Notes: generated from the sequence alone by a model not told the origin. 64,000 bases of DNA from Lama glama (GCA_028534125.1 CM052816.1:94304001-94368000), one strand, 5' to 3'. Shown: positions 26,405-39,525, counted from the stretch's first letter. Program-made: numbers and translations.

Positions 26405-27912
26405 TTTCAAAGAGCAGAAGTTTTAGATCTTAATGAAGTTCTGTTTTGTAATTTTTCTCCTTGATGATTCCTAACTTTTGTATCATACACATAAAGTCTT
26501 TGTCTAACTCTAAATGCTTTCTCTGAGGATTTTTACACATTAAGTTTTACATTAGGTCTATGATCTTTTTATGTTGATTTTTTAATCTGTGGTATTAGGT
26601 CCTTTTTATGTATATATCCAAAAATATGTCTGGTTATAGGATCAGTTGTTGAGAAGACTTTCCCGTCTCTGGTGAAATTATGTTGGTACATTTGTCAAAA
26701 ACCAATTGACTCCCCTGTGATGGGGCATATTTCTGAAATCTCTTCTATTCCTTCATTCTGTATGTCTGTTTTTCTGTCAACAAGACACTGCCTGGACACT
26801 CTGGCTTCATGTTACATCTTGAATGAGGTAATATAAGTCTTTTAAATTTATTCTTTTTCAAATTTTTTTTCTTGGTTTTTCTCTAAATGCAAAATTTTCT
26901 ATCAACCTGTCAATTTTTACAGAAATGACTGCTGAAATTTTGATTAGGATTTCATCAAATTTAAATATAATTTGGAGACATCTTAGTAATAATATTGAGT
27001 GTCCCAACCCATGAAATAAATTCCTGTCCTTATTTTTACTGCATAAATCTTGTTATTTTATGACATTTATCTCTACATATTTTGATACTCTAAATAGAAT
27101 TGTTTTATTTCAGTTTCCAATTGTTCCTTGCAAGTACATAAATAAAAAAATTAATTTTCCATGTTGATCTGTGTCCTGCAGTCTTGTTAAGGGAGCTTGT
27201 TAGTTTTAGTAACCTTTATGTAGATTCTTTGGGAATCAGTACGTAACCAATTATGTGGTCTGTGAATAATTACTGTTTCATTTCTATCTTAACAGACGAT
27301 GTATCTTTTATTCACTTTCTTTCATTTTACTGGCTGGAATCTCTAGTACAATGTTAAATAAAGGTGACAAGAGTATTCATTCTTACTGCACATTCATTCT
27401 TAGGGGAAATCGTTAAGCTTTTTGTTACTAAGAATGATTTTAGGTGTTAGTTTTTTCCTAGCTCTTTTCCAGGTTGGGATTGTTCCCTTGTACTCCTACT
27501 TAGGTTGCAGAGAGTTTTTATTAGGATGTTGAATTTGGTTAAGTGCTTTTTCTTCCTGTGGAGGTAGGATGGAGGCTACCTCCTCGCCCCTGGTGATGAA
27601 CGCTTGCGCTTCTGCCCCCCCCCTTCCTGCCTCCTCCGTCAGGACTGGAGTGAATGCATTTGCTGACCTTCCTTCAATGCTTTTCTTCCTACATGAGAAG
27701 TGTCTGGGGATGAGGGCTGTGTTTTATGCCTGTTAGTTGAATTTTTAACTGTGTACTACGGACATTTATGAAATGACTTCTCATTGGCAGAAACGATATT
27801 TAACCCACTTCTTTTCAAGTCTGGATAGATTATGAGGGACCTGGGAATAAAGTCTAATATCTTTTTAATCTAAAAAATTTAATCAGTATTTACAAATATT
27901 TTCTAAAATTCC

Positions 27913-27957
27913 TATATATATACACACACACACACACATATATACATACATATATAA
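27913..27957. repeat. (TA)n/(CA)n microsatellite
   Basis: tatatatatacacacacacacacacatatatac. Confidence 0.9.
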
Positions 27958-29498
27958 ATTGTGACATTACAATTATTTTGAAAGGTAGTAAAAACTTCCA
28001 GTGAAATGGCATTGATCACCACAGCATCCCTACTTCCCTGTCTGTCAGAGCAGTGTAATCTCTTCCTTGAAGTGATGCTCTTTTGTTCTCTTCCTTACCT
28101 ATTCTAAACCCTCCACCAAGCTAACCTGGCGCATTTTGTACTTCTCTAATGCAGTAGCTTTTAATACTTTCATGTATTTCCCTATCAACATAATCAACCT
28201 TTAGAAAATTTCTATCATTATAAGAATTATTGAAATCGATTTATTCAGTCCTATTTCTTATACTCAGCGATCACAGTTACAAATCATCAATTAACTAAAC
28301 AAGCAAACAATCAAACAGTACCGACAAAAAGCTCACTAATGCCTCTGTAAATGTGTCAAGTAGAGGACTCGATACATTGAGCTTGTTTCTGTCAGGTACG
28401 CAGGTTGAAACAGGAATGCTTGATGGCTGCTTTCTTTTTGACGATTTCCAAATTTATTTAAATTACCAGTAATGCTTTGTTATTTTGCTGTTGGTGGTTT
28501 TTTGCGGAGTGTTTGAGAGAGAGAGAGAAAAATTATCTTTGCTCTTCTTAGATTGTTGAACTTTATGCTCACGTGTGTATCCGTACAAATCAAGGACCTG
28601 TTGTAAGGATGCTGGTGACAGAGCATTGCAATCTAGTCTTTGGAGTTTGGGGATTAAAAGTGCCTCGTATTGTGTATTATACTTGTCACGCAAACATTTC
28701 CCTGGATGCCATTCACAATTCCTAATGAAGATATAATTTTTAAAGTAAAACTGTATAATAGGCACTAAAGTGGTACTTAATAGCCTAGAAACCTTTTACA
28801 GATCATCATAAATAACACCTTTCTCCCAGTTATTCACTAATATGAGAGCATTGTTTTACCTTAGAAAATTTTTATCATGTAAAGAAAATACTTAACGTCA
28901 ATGTGGTTAATGAAAATGAGCTGCTTAACAGCTAAAAAACTCAGTGCTTTTATGATGACTCATATTTATACCTTCATTGTCATTATATTCAGATATGAAA
29001 ATGTCCTCTGTGATTAATGATTTGGGCAGGCCGCTGGTGTGCTCCTGTAACTGTGACAGTAATGCTTTTTGCGTCAAGCTAAAAAATATTGAGGTATTTT
29101 CCTTGAAAATATTTGAGAACGAAATCGAGTCGATAACATTCCTGATAGACTATAATAATCAACTCAGTGCAGCCAGCCCAAACTCAAAAACACAGTAACT
29201 GAGAACAACTGCGTACATCATTAGTGGTTTTCCTTAACTTGATCTTTTGTTCATCTTCTTAGAGGGCAGTAAGCGTCAAACTTTGAAATCTTCACCATGT
29301 GTAGCTCTTTAATTCTTCTCATTTTAATCCGTGTTTTACTTCTGAACATACTTCCTATTCATTCAACTCAATATATATTTAAATTGTTGACACAGGCATT
29401 AAAATTAGGCTCAGAATATGGATTCAAGGAAAGTTAGAACTAAATATAAATGATCAGTGGTTAGAATAATTGAATCACTTTAAAACAGCCATATTAAA

Positions 29499-30033
29499 TG
29501 TATCATTATTTGTTGTTTTCTAACAAAAAAAAAACTGCAGACAAAACAGCTTAAGACAATATGCGTTCACCATTGTGTGGCTTCTGTGGTTAAGAAATGC
29601 CCTCAGATGGGTCCTGTTTCATAGTCTCTCACAAGCCCTGGAACAAGATGTACAGTCTCATCTGAAGGCTTGCTTGGGGAAGGGTCCAGTTCCAGGCTCC
29701 CTTAGTAGTTAGTAGCCTTGAGCTCCTTGCAGGTTGTCAGAATGAGGTCTTCGTATCCTCAGTGGCTTTTCACCAGACACTTCCCTCGGTTCCTTGCCAT
29801 ACGGATGTCTCCAGTGTGGCATCTGGCTCCATTGCAGTACGACAGCCAAGAAGCAATAGTTTACTAGCAGTATGAAGTCACACTCTTTACCTGATCTGTT
29901 TCACCTAATGACATCCCGTCACCATTGCCTGTTACTGGTTAGAGGGAAGTTATTCATGGGGAAGGGATCACACAAGGCCATTAATACCAGATGTGGGGTT
30001 CACTGAGGTCCCTCTTACAGACTTCCTACCATA
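29499..30033 (-). mobile_element. MaLR LTR (MLT1E/F-like)
   Basis: gtctctcacaag...ctcatctgaaggcttgcttggggaagggtcc...cacacaaggccattaataccag...cctaccata. Confidence 0.8.
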
Positions 30034-30344
30034 CTGAAATAATCACTTGTTACACAAGCCAGGTATTTGAATCTTTGGTTAGAGTAACTGAAATTCTTTA
30101 TCCTAGTATTCAGTTGCTTTGGAGAGTTTGAAACTCATAAACACTGTTCCTTTTTTGTTTACCATGTCACCAAAATTTCTTCTCCCCCAATTTTTTTCTG
30201 AATTCAAATTGTACCATCATTTATGACAACCCTCCAAAACACAGTGCTGGAAATACAAACCAAGACAGTAGTTAGGAACTTGATGGAAGGGTGTAACATA
30301 GAAGTCAAGATATTATTTTATTCAAATTCTTTTCTTGCCATTTT

Positions 30345-30500
30345 CTACATATCTCTAAGACTCATTTCTTCTTTTTCAAATGGAGATAATAATGCCATCT
30401 TATTTGACAGTTGTTACAGTTTAACATAAGATAATAAAAATAAGGCACTTGCTATAGTACTGGTGCACATCGATCGCTGCATAAGTGGGCTTTATCAGTA
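30345..30500 (+). mobile_element. MIR fragment
   Basis: ctctaagactcatttcttctttttcaaatggagataataatg...aaggcacttgctatagtactggtgcacat. Confidence 0.7.
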
Positions 30501-30744
30501 TTATGCATGTCATTACTTAAAGAATGTGGAATTCTATTAGTGAAAACCTGTTAACTCATCTTTACTAAACTGAAGCTGTTTGCTTATTTTGGGACACTTT
30601 TGCTGGTGTGATTATTTATTTAAAGTTGTATTTAAGTGAAATAGAATTAAAATAATTAACTATTAATTAGTTACTGAATTATAGACTACAGAGGAGCCAC
30701 ATCTTACTGAGTTTCCACAAATCAATTACTATGTTCATATATCC

Positions 30745-32001
30745 AAATTTAATATTGTTAAAATGTCCATGCTTGCTGACATGACTGGCAGATTTGATTC
30801 AATCCCTATCAAAATACCAATGGCATTTTTCACAGACAAAAAACCCCCTGAAATGTGTATAAAACCACAAAAGACTTCAAACAGCCAAAGCAATATGGAG
30901 AAAAAAAAAAAAAAAGAAGGAAGCATCACACTGCCTGATTTTCAAACTATATTGTAAAGCTTTAGTAATCAAACCGGTATGGTACAGACATTAAAAAAGA
31001 ACCGATAGATAACTGGAACAGAGTAGAGGGCCCAGAGATAAATTAATGCACATAAAGTCAACTAATCTTTGACTAAGACACCAAGAATACACAATGGGGA
31101 AAGGGCAGTCTCTTCAATAAATAGTGTTGGAAAAACTGGACAGCCAAATGCAAAAGAATGAAATTAGACCCCGTCTTACACCATTCACAAAGATCAACTC
31201 AGAATGGGTTATAGCCTTCAATTTAAGACCTGAAACCATAAAACTCCTAAAAGAAAACAGGGAAAATGCTCTTTGACATTGGTCTTGGTAATAACTTTTT
31301 GAGAATGGCACAAAAAGCACAGGCCACAAAAGCAAAAATTAACAAGTGGGACCACATCAAACTGAAAAGCTTCTGCACTGCAAAGGGAACACCAGAATGA
31401 AAAGGCGATCCATAGAATGGAAGAAAATATTTGCAAACCATGTATCAAACCATATTGCAAACCATGATAGGGAGCAAATAGCCAAAATATATAAGGAACT
31501 TAGACAATCCAATATTAAAAAAAAAAAAGACCTGATTTTAAAAATGGGCAAAGGGCTTGAATAGCCAGTTTTACATAGAGGATATAAAAATGGCCAACAG
31601 ATACATGGAAAGATGCTCAACATCACTCATTATCCGAAGAAGCATATCAACCCACAAGGAGATATTGCCTCATGTCTGTTAAGATGGCTCTTTTTAAAAA
31701 GTCAAAAAATAGTGAGTGTTGATGTGGAGAAAAGGGAACCACTGCATACTGTTGGTGTAACTGTGAATTGGTGCAGCCACTATGGAGAACAATATGGAGT
31801 TTCCTGAAAACACCAAAGACAGCATTGCTGTATGGTCCAGAAATGCCGCTTCTCTGGGTATTATGGGTAAAGGAAATAAATGAAATCCATACCTTGAAGA
31901 GATAGCTTCACTCCTATGTTCATTGAAACATTTTTCATGACAGCCAAGATATGGAAACAACCTAAATGTCCATCAACAGATGAATGGATAAAGAAAGTGT
32001 G

Positions 32002-32039
<38 letters not shown>

Positions 32040-32405
32040 GACATACAAACAGAGGAATACTCTTCAGTCTTACAGAAATAAGGAAATTCTGCCATTTGTG
32101 ACAACTAGAGGACACTATGCTGAGTGAAAGGAGTCAGGCACAAATAGGGCGTGATCTCACTTATATACGGAATCCAAAAAATTGAACTCATAGACAACGA
32201 GAGTAGAATGGTGGTTTCTAGAAGCTGGAGGGAGGAAGCAATCGATCAGTGGCTGCTGGTCAGAGAGAACTGATTTTAAGTAAGAAGATGAGCTTCGGGA
32301 GAGACAGTGTATAGCACAGTGTGGTGACTGTAGTTAATAGTAGTGTGTTGTATACTTGAAATTTATGAAGTGAGCAGAGTTAAATTGTTCTTACCACAAA
32401 AAGAG
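30745..32405 (+). mobile_element. L1 (L1MA-like) ORF2 3' part and 3' UTR, degenerate, with an internal (CA)n
   Basis: ORF 30763-30957 (FDSIPIKIPMAFFT...GSITLPDF) is L1 ORF2; gtctcttcaataaatagtgttggaaaaactgg; ends tgttcttaccacaaaaa. Confidence 0.95.
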
Positions 32406-33596
32406 GCATATATAGAACAAGAGAAACTTTACCTTAGACGTAATCATCTTCCCTAAAATTCATTACCCTGAATGGAGACAAAGGAAAGTAATAAATCAAT
32501 TTGCAATACAAAAGTAAGTTGTGGACCTTAAGTGCACTATATTCACTATATAGTTAAATCCTTGTCAACTAGTGTTTGATGTTGCAGACCATGAATCAGA
32601 GCTCAGTATTTCTTTATGATTCTTTCTCAGGTAAGCCTTACATAAAATGGCTTGAGTAAACTCAAGTGTTCCATTCCCTAAGTTCTGACAGATGGATTTT
32701 CAACCTTAGTTTATATGTGATATATGTTAAAAAATAATCAGTGTAAAAAAACAGAATGTAGTTTGAATACTGGTCAAAGTTATATTATCTACAAAAAAAT
32801 CATATGAATTAAAGTTATAAATGGAGATTTTATTTTTATAGTATGTGGGGAGACATTGTTAGTGAATACTGTGGACATTAGTAGTTTGACCAATAAATGG
32901 TGGTTAATTTATAAATTCTAAATCCCTCAGCAAGCTTAATTTACCTTTGAGGATAATTCCTGTTACTGTGAGAATCCTGGGGCTGTCAGACTACTGCCAA
33001 TTAGCCTGTGGCATGAACTAAACCTGGCATTTACTGCAAGTGTAGAGACAGAGAGCGTCCTTTAAAACCCACTTCATGGAACGCCTGAAGTTTCGAGGAA
33101 ATTTGCTCAACTATGTAATAGAAATAGAGCAACTATCTTAGTGCTCTAAGCAACTGTCTTAGCCCCGTTGACAGAAGACCTTATTTCAAAGTAACACATT
33201 AATTTCCAGACCATCTAGAAAAAGCCTGAGTTGGAGGAATTTTGTAAATTGCGAGAAATTAAATCTTGTATGTAGGATAAATGGCCAAAAGAATTTCACT
33301 TGAATATGTAAAACTTTTTATGAGCATGTCTTAGTTTGAGAATTGGTACTGTTGTCATTATATTAATTTACCATAGAGTTATGTGAATACAGGCTGTGTG
33401 ATTAGATTTGGAGTAGAAACTAATGTAGTATGGATAATATTTTGCAAATATTGAAGTAATGCATTTAAATTTCTACGTGCAGACTTGTTTATTGCACTGT
33501 TTCCATTCTGCATTTGGGCCTTAAGGTTTATCATCTGGGGAAGGAGACAGATGTTGCCTAGTGTGGAGAGGCAACTTTAATCACAATTTGACTCTA

Positions 33597-33730
33597 ACTT
33601 TTTTGAGGGGTGGGGTTGTGGAGGAGGTAATTAGGTTTATTTATTGATTGACTGATGGAAGTACTGTGGATTGAACTCAGGGACCTTGTGCATGCTAAGC
33701 ACTTGCTCTACCACTAAACTTCCTCCCCCC
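33597..33730 (-). mobile_element. tRNA-derived camelid SINE (Vic-1-like)
   Basis: ggaggtaattaggtttattt...ggattgaactcagggaccttgtgcatgctaagcacttgctctaccact. Confidence 0.88.
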
Positions 33731-34803
33731 AGCCTTTAACTTTTTAACATGTCTGTCACGAATGCCTTGTGATGTATGCACACAGAAGGATTGTCCATAT
33801 TTCCTGAATCCCATTTACCATATCAATAACCAGAATTGACAAGTCAGACTATAGGGTTCACTTCTGAGTCCTGATCACATGTGAGTGTTGGGAAGGAATG
33901 AGGCAAAAGCAGGGGAAGCAGGTAGTCAGACATGTGGTCCTGTCACCCCTCTTCCAAACAGAAGTTCTGAAAAAAGGAGGCGTGTTAGATGAATGTAGAA
34001 GAAAGCCAAAAGCTATGGGCTGTTGAGGGCTCTTCATTTAGCAGTCAGAGAAGAGTTCACTTTGCATGCTACCGAGTAAGAGCAGACTCATCAAAGTAAA
34101 TTTCAGGGCTTTTTCAGAGTGCAGGGCTGTCTAGCTCTCCTGTGTCCCCCTGAAGTCCTCTTGCCAGGGACAAGGTCACCAGCTGCCAGGACAGGGCCCA
34201 GGAGTCTGCTGAGGCTCCTCCTGAAGAGTTGGCCAGGGATGTTGCCATGGCCAGAAAGAGGGACCATGCAGTCAAGGATGCTGCAAAGATTGCTTTGGCT
34301 TGGATTCATCCAAACCTCAAGAGGACTGAGAGCACCTGTTGGCCCACCTGAGTCCAGGGGACGCCAACTTGACCTTGCCCAGCCCAGAGCATGAGAGCAG
34401 ACTGGGGCATTTTCCCAGCCCCAGCACTTGTAGCAGAGGCCGACAGAGAACCCCTCCACTCCCCGGGTGGCCAACAACCCAGAACAGGGGACGTCCGGAG
34501 TTCTCAGAGCCCACCCCCAGCTATGCGCTCACGTTCCCATTGGGCACCATCAAAGAAAAGAAAGGGGAAGGCCAGACTCTGAAATCCTGGGTGTTGATCC
34601 CAGACGTACAGGTAAAGCCCGTGTTAGATGGTTTAAGTTATTTAGTCTTGCCTGAATCACCTCACTGCGGTGAAATTTAATTTTCCACCAACTGGTGGAT
34701 TAGGCTCATAAAAATCAAAATTGTTATGGAGAAATGGGAGATTTTTTTTTCTTTATGTTGGCATGTGTGAGTGGTCATCTGAGACTCCACTCTAGTATTT
34801 TTC

Positions 34804-35311
34804 TTACTTTGTCATTTTTTTCAATTGAAGTATAGTTGATTTACAATGTTGTGTTAATTTTTTGCGTACAGCACAGTGATTCTTTTATACATATATGTAT
34901 GTTCCTTTTCATATTCTTTTTCATCATAGGCCATTACAGGGCATTGAGTATAGTTCCTTGTGCTATACAGTAGGACCTTGTTGATCTGTTTTTTTTGTAT
35001 CGTAGTTAGTATCTGCAAATCCCAAACTCCATGTTTATCCCTCCCCACCCCCATTCTCCACTGGTAACCATGCTTTTTTTTGGTTTTTTTTTTTAGGGTT
35101 TTGGGTTTTTTTGGTGGGGAGGAGGTAAATAGGTTTATTTATTTGTTCTTAGAGCAGATACCAGGGATTGAACCCAGGACCCCACACATACTAAGCATGC
35201 ATTCTACCACTTGAGCTATACCCTCCCCCCTCATGTTTGTTTTCTGTCTGTGAGCCTATGTTTTGTAAAGAAGCTCATTTGTGTCCTTTCTTTTGTTACT
35301 TTGTCATTTTT
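34804..35311 (-). mobile_element. Camelid/artiodactyl L1 3' end with a 16-bp TSD, carrying a nested SINE
   Basis: TSD ttactttgtcattttt at 34804-34819 and 35296-35311; ttgaagtatagttgatttacaatgttgtg. Confidence 0.92.
35074..35230 (-). mobile_element. tRNA-derived camelid SINE nested in L1
   Basis: gggattgaacccaggacc...ctaagcatgcattctaccacttgagctataccctcccc. Confidence 0.9.
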
Positions 35312-37287
35312 GTAGTAAAATTATTCTAAAGTGTATTTATTGCTTTGCAATAAAAACTAGCTGGTATAACTAAAGTCCACAAGAAACAAGGAAAACCTTT
35401 TTGAATTCCTCGTGTCTTTTCTCCCCATTCCTCCGTATGTCTTCAGGAAGACCCAAGTGGAGAGGAAATCTTAATAAATAGTTGCTGCTGCCTGACAGCT
35501 ACAGAACCCTGAATCCACTGGAATGAGGGGAAGCCATCTCCTCTCCTCACAGGCGTTCTGTTACATCTCACTGGGTATCTTGGAGACCCCACCAGTGGCA
35601 TGAGGGGCGGAGGTAGAGCCTTCCTCTTTGTTCTCCTGAAGTTAGAACCAGACTCCCCACCTCTTAGCAAGAAAGAGGTTGACTGCAGTTCATCTCAGCT
35701 GTTCTCACTCATAGAGTGAGAACCTGCTTTGGGCTTCTGCTGGAATGCCCAGGCACCAGGAAGGATTCCACTCCTTATCCTGTTAGACTAAGAAATGGCT
35801 GGCACAAGCCCTATTACTGGAATGATCGAATTGATCACTAATGACCACTGGCTTACATGTAAGGTATTTACCATTTAAACATAAGTAGATTTAAAAAATT
35901 AGGCATCGTAATCCAGGCAGTGTTTGTTACACAGCGCAAAGTGCAACTAACTCCTCTGTAATCAGAATAACTCAGTTAGAGTCTCATAAGGGTTTTATAA
36001 AAGTGATCAGTAGCTGTCAGTCGCTTGAAACAATTTGTCAAGTGACATCTCTCATTAAAGCCTTTACTATTGTTTAATTATGAAGGGAGGCATCTTGGTG
36101 GTACTCTTTGTTCCAAGTTCAGTATGTAAAGTAAAATAATACAGGTAAAAGTTCTACTTTAATGTTGGTTTTAATTAACATTTAATGTTAACTTTAATTT
36201 CAATTCATTGGTACAGAAACTTCACATTTTTCTATGGTTTTGAAATAATTTCAGTTTCTTTGTTTTCATTTTCATTTCATTCATGGCTATCTTCATGTTA
36301 TTTCTATATTTGGCTGTACATCACTCCCTAATGATATCTGTCCTCTTTTAATGAACCTGCATTTTGTAGGGATTAGGGTTTTAGATATAATTTGTAGATA
36401 TAATTCCTTTAACAGGTAAGATCCTGGCATCCATAAAACTCTCATTAATGAGACTCCTACAGAATGAGAGAAGAGCTTAAAGATAAATTCTTTGAAAAGT
36501 GTTTGCCTTTTATAATCTAGATCTATTAAATCTGCTCTGGTCAGTTGTAACTTAGCTCCATTTCATCATAATAATGGACACACCAGCTCACTTACCTCAT
36601 TAAGAAATCTTAACCATAATCTGTATTGTAACCTCCACTGTGTTGTAACACTGTAAGTATTGTAACACTAAGTCTGTTATTTCTGCTATGCTTCTATTCG
36701 ATGTTTCATTTTATTTTGATCAAGGAGGGAAGTGCTCTATATTTGAGTGACATTGCAGAGTCCTTTTCAGACTGAGACTTGGGAATTGCTGGCAAGATCC
36801 TTGACATTTGCCCATTAAAACTGCAGCTTGGATACAATTCAGGGTAACTTAGCCCTCACCGACAGGAGCTCATCATTTGCTGTATGGCTTTCTTTTTTCC
36901 CCTGGCCACATGCCATCCACTTGGTTTTTCACATGCCTTGTGCAGCCCTCCGTCCCATCAACCCATGTGCTGTCACTGTTGCTTTCACACTTTGAGGTTC
37001 ATTTTAGACAGATCTGCCTTTCTGTCACAGAGCTGTTTAAATTAGCCGCCCACTACAGTGTTAATACATCCGTCAGTGATATCCCACCCACGTGGACGTG
37101 AACTGCCCTTGTCTACCAAGTCTTTTAATTAGATGGGTGCCCACTGGGAACTCAGTGTTTTGCAACATCAAGATGTTTTCCCTCTTATGTATGAGATTCT
37201 GGATTGCTCTCCACAGGTACACAAAACTGTGTTCTGTTTCAAAGTATAGACACATTTAAAACTCATTTTAAAGTCTGCATTGGCATG

Positions 37288-37774
37288 ATTTGACACTAAT
37301 GAACTCATCTACAAAACAGAAACAGACTTGCAGACATAGTAAACAATCTTACCGTTACCAGGGGAAAGGTGGGTGGGAAGGGATAAATTTGGGAGTTTGA
37401 GATTTGCAAATGTTAGCCACTATATATAAAAATAGATTAAAAAAAAACAAATTTCGTCCGTATAGCACAGGGAACTATGTTCAATATCTTGTATAACCTT
37501 TAATGAAAAAAACAAATAAAATAAAATGAAGCTAGTCCAAATTAAGATGTTCTGTAAGCATAAAATACAACCTAACTACGAAGACTTAGTGAGAAAAGAA
37601 TGTGAAATATCTTTCTTCTGTAAAACACAGGGAACGATATTCAATATCTTGTAATAATCTTTAATGAAAAAGAATATGAAAACGAATATATGTGTGTATA
37701 TGCATGACTGGGACATTATGCTGTACACTGGAAATTGACACATTGTAACTGACTATACCTCAATTAAAAAAAAT
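37288..37774 (+). mobile_element. Young camelid L1 3' end, composite (internal ~60-bp duplication around a 91-bp MER33-derived insert)
   Basis: gacactaatgaactcatctacaaaacagaaacagacttgcagacatag...gcatgactgggacattatgctgtacactggaaattgacacattgtaactgactatacctcaatt followed by poly(A). Confidence 0.92.
37522..37612 (-). repeat. Dispersed inverted duplicate of 17675-17765 (MER33 segment)
   Basis: Manual alignment with the reverse complement of 17675-17765: 88/91 identical, no gaps. Confidence 0.92.
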
Positions 37775-38519
37775 ATTTTGGGTACCACCTAACTGAACTT
37801 TGAAATATTTGAATTTCATCAATATCAAAATAACATCTGCTGGAAATCATCGATCTATACAGTAAATAAAATACATAGGTGATGAAAATATTATTAGGTA
37901 CACAAGCAGGCATAAATTAAAAACTCCAGAATTTATTACAACAGTAGCATAATTCTTTCAGCAATTTTATGGTGGCTGTAATAGATTATACTTCTCAAAT
38001 AATTAATCAGATTCTTACAGGATTTGCCTGGGGCAGTAAGTGTGCTCACCAATGACTTTTAGTAAAGTATGGAAATCACAGCTTCATTTTAAAGCCTGGG
38101 TAACATTTCAGTTAAAATGCTTATTAAAATATTTGTTCTAAAACCGTTATGAGCTGTTTTAGAAAGTGGGTGCTGACATAAAGTGAGCTATATGTATCAG
38201 TAAAACTATTGGCTGCTTGGGAAACATCTGGATGTACATGTCAGTTCATACAAGACCCAATTAAGAGCAGAAATAGTGAATATATGTTTATAACAAGTGA
38301 TGGAGGGTGAGAGTTATTCAGGCTATAAAAATTATAAATTAGCAGAGAACACTTTAGATTGTGAAGACATTCCAGGGTTCAGCTGGCTGAGGCAGAGCAA
38401 TGCTGTTTCACTTCATTCTGGAAGAATGTGATACAAATAAGATTCTGAAAAAGTCCAATTATGTGGCTTCATGAAGGTATATATTTGAGAATGTGTTTAC
38501 ATTTTTGTGTGTGTACAGG

Positions 38520-38870
38520 GGTGGTAGTTCAGATTGCTTTGGTCCCATAAAGAGCAAAAAAAAAATTAAATAAGCATAGGGATTTATTGCTAACATATCT
38601 GGAAAGTCTGCTGGTATGTGAACTTCAGGCATGGTTTGATCAAGGCTCCATAATGTGTCTACATTATTGCCTTTGCTTAGTCCTCTCTGAAGAAGCAGCT
38701 TGATTCCAGGGTGTATTTCATTTTCACACAACAAAGGCTACAATACTTCTTTGCATCACATTTCCAAATACATCAGCCAGAGAAAGGAACCTTCTTCTTT
38801 ATCACCAAAAGAAGCTTTTTCTGTTATTATTTTCCATCTTAGATTTTGCGTACATCTGAGGTCAGTGTGC
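38520..38870 (-). mobile_element. Old MaLR LTR (MLT1J/K-like)
   Basis: gatttattgctaacatatctggaaagtctg...acttcaggcatggtttgatcaaggctc. Confidence 0.6.
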
Positions 38871-39384
38871 TGATCAAGTCAATTCAAAGCAGAAACCATG
38901 ACCACTGAAAAATGGTCTAGGAAAGCAAGAAATACCGGGAAGACTCTGTAGTGTCTGCTCTTGGGAAGAATGTGAAATAAGAAATTGGAAGGATAAGATA
39001 GGGGCCTTGTCATGTCAGCCTCAGGATTGTTTCGAGGCTTGTAGTTACAAAAGGCCCGAAGGGATCTGAACCTGCTTCTAAAATGACCTCTTAACCAGAG
39101 TATGGTTTTCACAGAATTTAAAAAACAAAAACAAAAACGAATATAACCCAGGAATAAACATGGGACTAGAATAGCAAGGACTGCAGACGCAGAATGATGG
39201 TAATGATACTGTAATTAATGTCCTTAGCTTGACTCCTGCCCCTCAGGTGCCTTCTCGTTTTTATTCGGATACTGTGTTCTCCGCGAGCACCTTGATCTGC
39301 TCCATTTAAAAAGCAGCATCTCACCCCACAGTCCCCACTTAGGTTCTCTGCTTGGTTTGCCCTGCACACGGACGTCAGCAATGC

Positions 39385-39525
39385 ACTGAGTCACCTGTGT
39401 GTGGTGTGTAGTTCTCTCCTCTAGAAGGTAAGTTCCACGAGAACAGGGATTTTGGACTCTTCAACATTGAGTGGACTAGCGCTCCTCTTAGGAGGTGTTT
39501 AATAAGTACTTGATGAATCCATTTC
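39385..39525 (+). mobile_element. L2 3' end
   Basis: ctagaaggtaagttccacgagaacagggattttg...aataagtacttgatgaat. Confidence 0.75.

Larger units (their letters stand above)
25375..27557 (-). mobile_element. Old L1M (L1MC/ME-like) ORF2 and 3' UTR, with nested insertions
   Basis: gggtctggcttcttcactca, ccaggagtgggactgctgggtca, ctctagtacaatgttaaata, ggatgttgaatttggttaagtgctttttc. Confidence 0.85.

Noticed and set aside
27593..27666. C/D box snoRNA
   Set aside because: The boxes are present but there is no terminal stem or recognisable guide, and the interior is poly-C.
28993..29093. 101-nt exon-like ORF (DMKMSSVINDLGRPLVCSCNCD...)
   Set aside because: Weak donor (gtattt), no recognisable protein and no compatible partner exons.
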